A DNA stretch of 124,000 nt from Octopus vulgaris (taxonomy: Eukaryota), in the NCBI GenBank assembly GCA_951406725.2, contig OX597818.1:27920001-28044000 (forward strand), written 5' to 3'. Below, one piece after another: positions 82,928-94,280 of the stretch. A program made the position numbers and the translations under genes. The first letter of the stretch is position 1. The number at the start of each line of letters is the position of its first letter. The notes under the pieces are model-generated. The model made no database searches, was not told the DNA's origin, and saw nothing but the letters and a program-made list of their open reading frames with translations.

Positions 82928-84235
82928 TCTGTCTAAAATTGAAGGCCTACATTGGTCAAAGGGCCTTAGAGTTAACCTAGCAAAAAACAAAGTCTTAGTA
83001 AGTAGGAAGGCAGACAAATCACAAATCCCTTCAGAAAGAGGTCTTGCTCAATCTGTAGAAAAGGCATAGGTATAAACTCCATAAGATGCACCTGGTGTAA
83101 GCTTTGGACACTAAAGGTGCAACAATATCAGAGGAAGGTTAACAGGGAAAATAGCTTTTATGCGTTGTAGATGCACAAGTAAACATCAAAAATGTACAGC
83201 AAACAGACTCCATCAACTACCAGAGGACAAACTAGAGGTAGTAGATAGCTTCCATTATCTAAGTGACCAAATTAGTAGTAGAGGTGGATGCTCCGAGAGC
83301 ATAGCCGTGAGAATAAAACTAGGCTGGGCAAAGTTCAGAGAGCTTCTACCTCTGCTGGCAAAAAGGGCCTCTCTCACAGAGTGAAAGGCAGATTATATGA
83401 TGCCGGTGTGTAAACATCTATGCTACATGGCAGTAAAACATGGGCTGTGACAGCCGAGGACATGCATAGGCTTGAAAGAAATGAAGCCAGTATGCTTCGC
83501 TGGATGTGCAATGTCAGTGTGCATGTTCAACAATGTAAGCATTTTCGGAAAAAAGTTGGGAATAAGGTGTGCAAGAGAGACGACTGTAGTGGTATGGTCA
83601 TGTGATGCATATGGATGAGGACAGCTGTGTAAAGAAGTGCCAATCTCTTACTGTGGAAGGAACCTGTGGTAGACCCAGGAAGTTATGGGACAAAGTGGTG
83701 AAGTATGAAATTTGAACTTTGGGTCTCACAGAGGCCTTTGGTGATGTGCTGTGCTTGAGAGGATCCATCAAGCCAAGTGAAATTGTAATTGTGACTGATG
83801 CTGGTGTCATATAACTAGCACCCATGCTGGTGGTACATAAAAAGCACCTTTCAAGCATTAAGCCTCCTGGAGTCATAGTAGTTGAGTGCCTTTAGAGTGT
83901 TCAGCCTCACGAAGTCAATGCCTGAGACCTTTGACTTTATGTCATACTTGAAAAAAGGCCCATCAATCTGAGCAAAACTACAGTCATGGCAGATACTGGT
84001 GTCACACAAAATGCACCCTTGCCAGCAGCACATAAAAACGCCCATTACACTCTTGGAGTGGTTGGTGTTAGGAAGGGCATCCAGCCATAGAAACCATGCC
84101 AAATCAGACTGGGATCTGGTGCAGCCTTCCAGCTTGCCAGCCCTGATCAAACTGCCCAACCCATACTTGCATGGACTACAGACCTTAAAAGATGATGATA
84201 ATGATGATGGTGATGATGATGATAATGATATATAT
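82928..84235 (+). mobile_element. RTE LINE 3' fragment
   Basis: KLEVVDSFHYLSDQIS, MLHGSKTWAVTAEDMHRLERNE; (GAT)n tail. Confidence 0.85.
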
Positions 84236-84352
84236 ATATATATATATATGTATGTATATATATATATTACTACTTTCTGTGCAATGTCAAAATATTTAAA
84301 ACATCCTCTTCAAACAATAAATATGCCTATTTTTTTATTTAATTTCTTGAAG

Positions 84353-84412
84353 TTGTGGAAGAACAAAGTGCTGAAGTTAGCGAGCCCAAATATTTAGAAA
84401 TGGAAAAACGAG
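84353..84412 (+). CDS. Cytoplasmic cassette exon A3 (VEEQSAEVSEPKYLEMEKR)
   Basis: tcttgaag acceptor, G|gtaagt donor, 60 nt, phase 1-1. Confidence 0.85.
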
Positions 84413-84651
84413 GTAAGTGCAATTGATATTATTAGTACACAACATGATCTTAGGAACTATCTTTAAAAAGGACAGAAAGCTAACTATTATGAAATATGTA
84501 ACTAACTTTTGTCTATTAATATGCATGTAGTATGTGTGAGTGCGTTTGAGTCTATCTCATTAGTATTTCTATGGTAGAATCAGTACACAACTATCTTAAA
84601 TTAATTATTATTTATAGCCATGCTATTTGTTCTTTTTCTAATTTCTTAAAG

Positions 84652-84693
84652 ACATGGATGGCACTTACATTAACGTTTCAAAGAAACCTGCTG
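84652..84693 (+). CDS. Cytoplasmic cassette exon B3 (MDGTYINVSKKPA)
   Basis: ttcttaaag acceptor, G|gtaagt donor, 42 nt, phase 1-1. Confidence 0.85.
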
Positions 84694-84798
84694 GTAAGTA
84701 TATAAGCAATTTATTAACAAAAAATTACATTCATTAGAGCAAGATTAGCAAATATTTTGGCTCATTCTTTCTTTGAGTAGAATATGCAGCTTAATATA

Positions 84799-86015
84799 TC
84801 AGGTCATCACATAAGTTCAGTCCGAATTTTGAATAAAGAAAACAACTGATCAAAAATTATATTTAATTGAATTTAATCATCAATGTACTTTTCCTGATTA
84901 TCTATGACTTCCTTCCATCCGTTTACAAGCTTTTTAATCCCATCAATGTAAAACTCTTTTGGTTTCAAAGCAAAGAACTCTGAAATGTCAGTTTCGACCT
85001 CCTCTTGGCTTGCAAAGGTTATGTCCCCTAAATGATTCTGTAAACTACGAAACAAATGGTAGTCTGAAGGAGCAAGGTCAGGAGAATAAGGTGAATGAGG
85101 AAATTTTTCCCAACTGAGCTCTTCGATCTTCTATGATGTGATCTTTGCAGTGTGGTATTGTGCATTGTCCTGATGAAAGATCACTCATTTTCGATTCACT
85201 AAAGCGGGTCTTTTCTCCTTCAAAGCTTGGTTCAAATGCTCTAATTGCTGACAGTAGACTTGAGCACTTATTGTTGCATTAGGTGGTAACAATTGGAAGT
85301 GAATTAACCCTTTGCAATCCCACCAGATAGAGAGAAGAACCTTTTTCCCATGAAGTTACCTTCTCAGTTGTGGTTGAGCTTTTTCCCTTTTACCAATGTT
85401 TAACATTTCGATAGAAGATCCATTTTTTGTCACCAGTCACAAGTCTATCCAAAAAGGTTGAAATTAGTTTGCGAGAATGGAGAGAAGAGCAGATGTCAAC
85501 TCGGGATTTGTGGTTGCTTTTGGACAATTCATGAGGCACTTATTTTCCAAGTTTAGGAACCTTTCCAAGTTGTTGAAGATGATGATGAACAGTTAGTTGT
85601 ATGGTTTGAACGAAGCTTTATTGCCAATTCTTCAACTGATAATGCAGGATTTTCTTCAAGTAATGCCTCAAGGAACTTATCATCAAACTCAACTAGACGT
85701 TCTGTTCCATCTTCATCTTCAAGGCTGAAATCTCCACTTCAGAATTTTGCAAACCATCTTCTGCACGTTCTTTCATTCAAGCATTCTTTCCCATAAACTG
85801 AGTGTATGATTCAAGTCGCTTCAGCTGCAGAGTTTCCTTTTTATACTCATAAAGCATTATGTACCTCAAATGCTCTTTGGATACTTCCACGTTACAAAGG
85901 GTTTTAATCAATGCATAAAAATAATTTTTAATTCCATCAGACATTCTAAAATACTATTAAATTTCATTCACTTTTAAAAAAGGTAAAATCAGACAGAACT
86001 TATGGGATGACCTAA
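84799..86015 (-). mobile_element. Mariner (DD34D) transposon, inactivated
   Basis: About 30-nt TIRs (aggtcatc.cataagttc) with TA flanks; PHSPYSPDLAPSDYHLFRSLQNHL. Confidence 0.9.
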
Positions 86016-86338
86016 TATATGTATGATTGAAATTAAAATTTTGAAACTTTGAAAATTTCATTGCACATACAATAAACTTGTTGCTAATATTCATATGTAG
86101 CTCTGATATTTTACCCTTTTACTAATCTACACCCTTCATAAGCATATATCTTGTAAGCTTTATTTATACTAATATAGGTGCAGTCATGGCTGTGTGTTAA
86201 GAAGAGCTTGTTTCCCAACTACATGTTTCCAGTTTGAGTTTCACTGTGTGGCACTTTAGGCAAGGGTTTTCTATTATAGCTTTAGGTGAACCATAGTTTT
86301 GTGAGTGGATTTGGTAGATGGAAACTGAAAGAAACCCT

Positions 86339-86369
<31 letters not shown>

Positions 86370-86944
86370 GTATTACATACATATAAGAGGGAATTTTACC
86401 ACTATGTGGAAACCCTTAAGAATTGTTTCTAGAAAATTTAGCAAACACCAGAAATGTAAGTGAGCAAGACAAATGAAAAGTAACAAAAATATAGATTAAC
86501 CATAAACAAATGTTTCACTATCAATAAATTATGTAATTTTACTTACATAATTTATCTGTAGATCTTCAGTATGATCGTCTATACAAATATAATTTGCAGA
86601 ACTACACGCCAGACATCAACACGGGGTCGAAAATGCATGCAGTTCTACCTATTACATTTGTGGTTATTTTTCAAAAGTCTTCGTTTTAGCGTGCTAAATT
86701 ACCGGAAATAATACTGCATAAAATAATTCATTGCAGTAGCCTCTGTCAGTTTGAGAACGTATTAATTTAAAATTAAAATTAAAATGAGAGTGAAAAATTG
86801 GATATTAATTTGAAAATATCAATTTTAACACCAGTGGTCTAGCATATGTATGTAATACTATTTACTGAACCTCAGTTTCTTATATGCTAGACCACTGGTG
86901 TTACAATTGATGTTATCAAATTAATATCCAATTTTTTACTGCAA

Positions 86945-88315
86945 AGTTACAAAGGTTGGCAACAAGGGTATCAATGATTTCAGTGTACAGTAGGAGTCCA
87001 CCGTGGCTCTGATCTCAGTCCCACTCTTGTTTATCTTAGTCCTCCAGGCCTTAACATAGGAATCAAAAACCTGCTGTCCCTGGGAGCTCCTCTACACTGA
87101 TAATCTTGTTCTTATAGCTGAATCACTACCTGACCTAGAGAATGAATTTTAGTGTGGAAACAAGCCTTGAAATCTAAGGGCCTTCCAGTTAATTTAGCAA
87201 AAACCAAAGTCTTAGTAAGTAAGAAAACTGACAAATTACAAGACCCCTCTTGGAGATGGTCCTGTCCAGTATGTAAGAAGGGTGTTGGTAGAAATTCCAT
87301 ATAATGCACCTAGTGCAAACATTGGACTCATAAGTGGTATAGTGGCAGCACAGGAAAGTTAACAGAGAATATAATCTTTGTGTATGGCAAATGCTCAAGT
87401 ACAATAACTGTTAAAAATACGCGGACAATAAGCTCCTTCAAATGCTCGATGGGGTCATTAGAAGTAGTAGATAGCTTCTGTTACCTAGGAAACCGAGTTA
87501 GCAGTGGAGGGGAAGTTCTGAAAGTGTAGTTGCTAGAATAAGAATAGATTGGGCAAAGTTCAGAGAGGTTCTACTTTTGTTGGTAACTAAAAGCCTCTCC
87601 TTCAGAGTAAAAGGCAGATTGTATGATGCCTATGTACGTACAACTATGTTACATGACAGTGAAATAAGGGCTTTGACTACGGAGGTCTTGTGAAGGCTTG
87701 TAAGAAATGAAGCTAGCATGCTCTGCTGAATGGGTAGTGTCGATGTGCATGCATGACAGTGTAAATAATTTAAGAGGAAAACTGGGTATAAAAGGCATCA
87801 GATGTGTGCAAGAGAGAAGGATGTGCTGGTTTGATCATGTGATGTGTGCAGATGAGGAGAGCTGCATAAAGAAGTGCCAAGCTCTAGTTGTGGAGTGTAC
87901 CTTGTGGAGGGTACCTATGGATTGAAGTGGTGAGAGAGGATCTTTGGATGCTGGAACTTAATTGGGAAAGGACAAGGGACTGAGAGATGGGGTAATGTAT
88001 TGTACTTAGTAAGATGTATCAAGCTATGTAAAATCACTATCTTCCACACATACAGGCTTGTCCTTGCCATTTAAAAAGTACTTGTGCTGACTCAACACAC
88101 CCATGCTTGTGCTGCATAAATGCACCCATGCTGGTAGCACATAGTAAGCACTTAGCACACCCTGTTAAGTTGTTGGCATTAGGACAGGCATTCAACCATA
88201 GAAACCATACCACAACAGACAGTATGGGTTTGGAGAATTCCCTGATAGCCAGCTCTATGTCAAAACGTCCAACCCATGCCAACATGGAAAGCAGATGTTA
88301 AATGATTATGATGAT
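86945..88315 (+). mobile_element. RTE LINE 3' fragment, degraded
   Basis: RT C-terminal remnants and family 3' UTR. Confidence 0.8.
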
Positions 88316-88438
88316 GTTATGTATAAAATATGCACTATATTTCATTATCAATTTTAATTACCTTCTGCACAACATCAAAATAGTTAAAATACACTCTCAA
88401 ACTGTAAATATGCCTGTTTTTTTAAAAATTTCTTGAAG

Positions 88439-88484
88439 CTGTTTAAGTTTCAATATGCTGGAGTTAGTGTTCCCAAATATGTAT
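88439..88484 (+). pseudogene. Degenerate A-type exon copy A4 (in-frame TAA, 1-nt insertion, shortened)
   Basis: tcttgaag|CTGTTTAAGTTTCAATATGCTGGAGTTAGTGTTCCCAAATAT aligns to A1-A3; TAA directly after the first full codon; gtatgt/gtaagt donors retained. Confidence 0.75.
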
Positions 88485-88602
88485 GTAAGTAGAATCAATA
88501 TTGATAGTATGCAGTATATTTTAAATAAGAATTATCTAAAATAAGAATAGAAAGCTAACAATCATAATATATATATTTCGAAGTTTTTTGGTGGAGAATT
88601 GC

Positions 88603-88647
<45 letters not shown>

Positions 88648-89627
88648 AATACAGTGTACATTTAAACACATAAGAGGCATCCATCATAGGACTCCTTGCA
88701 CGCTAGTGAGAACAGTTAAATTCCAAACCACTATTAGGGATAAAATTTCGAAGGGAATGCCATTTAAAAAGTACTTGTGCTGAGTCAGCACACCCATGCT
88801 GGGGCTGCACAAATGCACCCATGCTGGTACCACATAGTAGACACACAGCACACCCTGTTCAGTAGTTGGCGTTAGGACGGGCATCCAGCCATAGAAACCA
88901 TGGCACAACAGACAGTAAATTCCGTTCGAAATTTTATCCCTAATAGTGGTTTGGAATTTAACTGTTCTCTCTAGCGTGCAAGGAGTCCTGTGATGCATGC
89001 CTCTTATATGTTTAAATGTACACTGTATATATATGAATAATATATAGTCTATTGATTAAATTTTTACTTGCTAGGCCACTGGTAATGGAAATTTCTAATA
89101 TTTCTGATTACCCCTTGATGAGGCAATGACAAAAGATCGAGATCTCTGGAGATGTGCTGTGACTGCGAAGACCCGACAAATAATGTGAGTTCATGGCTGT
89201 TTCCTGCACCAGTTTCACATAGCAGCCCCAGTCCATCCAAAGTACCTTGGATCACAGAACAGTCTGCTGTGCTTACCTTGGATTGTAGGGTGACCTGCTG
89301 TGCTTGAGTAGACCTATTGAGTCAAGTACATCAACATCAAAATAAAAAATCAAATGGAAATTGTAGTTGTGATACCTGTGCTGGTGGCACGTAAAAAGCA
89401 CCAACCGATCATGGCTGCCGCAAGACTTCCCTGGCATCTGTGCCGGTAGCACGTAAAAAGCACCCACTACACTAATGAAGTGGTTGGTGTTAGGAAGGGC
89501 ATCCAGCTGTAGAAACACTGCCAGATCAGACTGGAGCCTGGTGCATCCTCCTGGCTTCCCAGACCCCGGTCGAACCATCCAACCCATGCTAGCATGGAAA
89601 ACGGACGTTAAACGATAATGATGATGA

Positions 89628-89678
<51 letters not shown>

Positions 89679-89711
89679 TCTATGTATGTATGTATATATA
89701 TATATATACAC

Positions 89712-90510
89712 AAATATTTTTTAAATAATAGAAGATAAAATCAATAATGATTTTACCAGGCAGCCAGTGCGGAAATAAAGCCCTTTTAAGTAAATTTTAC
89801 AAATTATTTTATAATTGTATACATAATTATAACAAGGGGTCAGCTTTATGCCTCACCACACACCATTAAAAATAGACACTAAGGTCCTTTTTACTACCTT
89901 AAAATCTCCAAGATTAATACACTTTATTGTTGGCAAACAAAAGAAAAATAATGAATCAACAAAGCCAGTTAACCATGGATGCATTTCAAACTTAAAGTAA
90001 AAATAATTTTACTTACTGTTACCCTCCATCATGATATTCCGTATAAATATGTGTAAGTATTTCAAAAATATGCACATGATCTGTGACAACGTATGTGCGA
90101 TATCCATCCACACTCACAAAAATATACTGCCAAGTATAATTCATATCTCTCTTTTAGTATGGTATTCTACTATTTCTGCTACTCAAATATAATATTTTCT
90201 AGATATTTAAATATAATAATATTAAGAGAAGCTGTTCACTATTTTCCAATGTTACTTTCATGTCAGTGATGTTTGTGAGCAGGATTGCTTGTGGGTACTC
90301 AAAACAGTAGGAGATTTTAAGGTAGCAAAGAGGAATTAGCATCTATTTCTAATGGTGCATGGGGAAGCATAAAGCTGACCCCTTGTTATAATTATGAATA
90401 TAACTATAAAATAATTTGTAAAATTTACCTAAAAGGTTTTTATTTATGCATTGGCTATCTGGTAAAATCCTTACTGATTTTACCCTCTATTATTAAAACA
90501 ATATTAGAAT
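89712..90510. mobile_element. Foldback MITE with ~200-nt inverted arms
   Basis: ataattataacaaggggtcagctttatgc mirrored by gcataaagctgaccccttgttataattat, with extended flanking complementarity. Confidence 0.75.
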
Positions 90511-90649
90511 AAATTCACTCCATGATTGAAACTGCATTTACTGCAGTCTAAATCTTAACACACACATGGGTATAAAAGAGAGATATGAATTTCTAATGTT
90601 GCATGGTGAGGCATAAAGCCGACCCCTTTTTATAATTATGTATATAACT

Positions 90650-91631
90650 TATCAATGAAGGAAATAAAGGTTATACTTGAGGTGAGGAAGACCGTAATTT
90701 GTCATCAAGGAAAATTTTGGACTACAAAGGACACACCAGATTGCTTTGATATACTAATGGGACTGCAAGATTCAGCTGAAGTCACAGACTTAGTCAGGAT
90801 TTATTTACTATACCTACTCCTTGAGGAACTCCCAGAAGGTGGTCTCTATAGGGATGATGCTCTATTTGCAGTTAGAAATGCCTCCAACCGTAAAATCGAA
90901 ATATGTCAGAAAAGATTATATAAATTTTTCATAAGCCATGGACTTACCATCACCATTGAGCAGGATCACACTTCTGTGAACTTCTTGGATGCAAATTTTA
91001 ACCTCACTACATCATCTTAGCAACCTTGTCATAAACCTAATAGAAATATTACTTATATATATCCGCAGAGCAATCATCCTTCTAATATTCTTGATAACAT
91101 ACCTTATAACATTGAAAATAGAATTAACTCATTATCCTCAAATGAAGAAATTTTTAATAAGCATAAAGACTATTACAATCTGGCTCTTAGGAATGCTGGT
91201 TATAAATATCAAATTAAGTACAACAAAATTAACAATGAGTTTTCCAATCATACCAACAGTTATATGGATAAGAATTTCAATAAACACACCTCAAATTCCA
91301 AACACCATCATAAATTTGAACTCCTTGGCACACAGCTTAATCTATGAAATATATTTGTAAAGATAACTCCACCATAAAACGGAAAACATTTTTAACAACT
91401 ATGGACCAATTAACAAGACTTTTACTAACTAGATTTTTACCAATACTAATATTTCTAATAATATAAGCAATTGTAACATTACAGACAGTCATTGTGAGAA
91501 AAAACATTAACATAGCTGGAAATAGTAACATGAAACAAAGTCTTTTCACAAAGAATCTTCTCTTACTTCTTCACATACTCTTAATTCCCCACACAACTGC
91601 ATAACCAATTTTAATGATGTTCAATATTTTT

Positions 91632-91680
<49 letters not shown>

Positions 91681-91688
91681 TAATAATG

Positions 91689-91719
<31 letters not shown>

Positions 91720-92800
91720 CAATAGCAATAATAATAAGAATAACATTAATGATAATGTTAATACGGGAGGTAAAAAGAAACCTATACCATATATTCGAAT
91801 GGGTGACCCATCTAATAAAAACCACCATACCAATAAGAAACATAATAATAACATAATTTGGACTATATTTCCTTTTACTAAAAATTTGAAATCTAATTCT
91901 ATAAAGTCTATTCATTCTTTTGTTAAATCAAATTTTAGTAAATCAAGGTATGCTGGGATATTCAATAACAGAATGATTAGATTTGGTTTTTTGGTTTCTC
92001 CTAACTTATTTAGGATTATTTATTCCTTGTATGTATTTGTGTTTGTGCATGAATGCATTTTATGTTTATGTCTATATGTGTATATGCTTGTATATGTAAG
92101 TGTGTATGTATGAATTCCCAGAACTCAAAGGCGGATTATACAGGGACGATGCCCTCTTCATAATAAAGAAACCCTCAAATAGGAAGCTAGAGCTTATCAA
92201 GAAAAAAACTACACAAATTCTTTAAAAGATTTGGACTATTTCTATTGAAAAGGAACACACCTCTATTAAGTACTTAGATGCAAACTGCAACCTAGACACA
92301 GGACTCCATGAACCCTACAAAAAACCCAACATGAACCTCAAATACATAAAGCTTCTAGTAACCACCCAACCTTTATTAAGAGAAGCCTAGTACATAGCAT
92401 TAGCAATAGAATATCACACCTCTCTTCCAACATAAATATCTTTAATAGACATAAAATTTTATAACCCTGCACTATGGAAAGCAGGATTTAAACAAAAAAT
92501 TAACTACCTTGATGCTAATCACTATACAAGTAACCCAAATAATAGAAACCCACTCACTAATACAATTAACACCAACCACACACCATACATCACCACAAAC
92601 TACACCAACAATAAGAACAGTATGAGTAACTCCAATAAAAACAACACCAATATGAACAATGCCAAGGCCCATACACAAACCACTAATAACAACAAAAATA
92701 ACCACAACACTAATACCGATAAAGTGATAATCAATAAGATTAACAATATTAACAAAACTAATAACACCAAGTAGTGAACCTGTTACATTATATTCTACTA
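90650..92800 (+). mobile_element. Penelope-like element remnants (two partial RT copies)
   Basis: FDILMGLQDSAEVTDLVRIYLL, GGLYRDDALF, VNFLDANFNL; second GGLYRDDAL near 92130. Confidence 0.85.
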
Positions 92801-93355
92801 GGCACATATGGCCTTGTTTACATTATACTTCATCTCAACCTGTTACTATTTCTTTGAATTAGATTTTTATTTTTATGTTATTGTTTACTGCACATATAGA
92901 CTTGCATACACATTGATATGTCTTTCTTTTTCTTTTTTGTCTCTCTCACTAACTTAACTATCATCATCATCATCATTATTATTATTATTATTATTTTTTT
93001 TTTTTTTTGATGGTCTTCCAAAAATTCCTCACACTGATGAGAATGACACTGGATAAATTTAATTATAATTACTATGATTATAATTTTTTTTTTACATATT
93101 TGTATTGTCTTTCAAAACATGTGTATATATTGAATCCAATTTTGTATTAAATCTAATTTTGATTCAACATCTTTTTTCTCCATTTTTAATTAATTGTTTA
93201 TGGTATATTTATACCTATAACGTAATTTTTCAGCTATTATTTTCATATTTTTATTACTTGCTCTGGCTGATTTTTATGAATATGATGAATCTTTATTAGA
93301 AATAATTTTTACTCTCTTTTTGGATCTCTCAAAAAGTTTGAATTGTTCGAACTTA

Positions 93356-93413
<58 letters not shown>

Positions 93414-93441
93414 TATATCAAATATTTAGGTAAAAAATTTC

Positions 93442-93498
<57 letters not shown>

Positions 93499-93799
93499 AT
93501 TTAGAGTATCTAAGAGATACCTCCACGCTGGAAATAGCAGCCAAAACGTGACTCCAAAAACCACATTAAATGTTCATACCACACCAAGAGAGAAGACAAA
93601 TAGACAAGATGAACTAGCAAAAAAATTACTGGATAATTCCATATCCTAGATATCTGGCTATGCATAGGAAATGCTTTGCCTCTTCAGTGGAATATACACA
93701 GATCATAACATAAATACACATATATATATACATACAACATACGAATACTTATGTACGTATGTTCACATCCACCCAAATGGAGTGGATGGATGAAAAGGG

Positions 93800-94280
93800 A
93801 GTGAAGTTATGGCTATATAAGTTCTGGTCAAAGCGTTCCGATGGCCTCCTTAAAAAAAACCTTCCCTTCTTGTGTGGGACCAGTTTCATCTCCACAAAAC
93901 AAAGGCTATTAAAGAAAGGGTGTAGAATTTGAAAGCAAAAATGGCAGTGATCCCTGGTGGTTTAACAAACCAATTATAACCACTGGATATATCAATCAAC
94001 AAGCTTTTTAAGGCATTTATGAAAGAAGAGAAGAATCAGTGGATGAGAGCCAATGATCATGACCTAACACCAACAGGTCAGTTGAAAAGGCCAACAATTT
94101 CTCAAGTGTGTGAGTAGGTCCTGAAATCATGGAACGCTGTGGATATTGAAGCAGTTGTAAAATTTTTTTTAAATGTGACATCAGTAATGCATGAGATGGC
94201 ACAGAAGATGACATTCTGCTTGAAGATTGACACTTTGGACAGTATTGATGACCTTGATGATTTTTTGGTTTTGGGGTTAT
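93800..94280 (+). mobile_element. pogo-like DDE transposase remnant
   Basis: AVIPGGLTNQL*PLDISINKLFKAFM...LTPTGQLKRPT...SWNAV; Tigger-like terminus (ccgaggtatgcctgta) near 95000. Confidence 0.75.
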
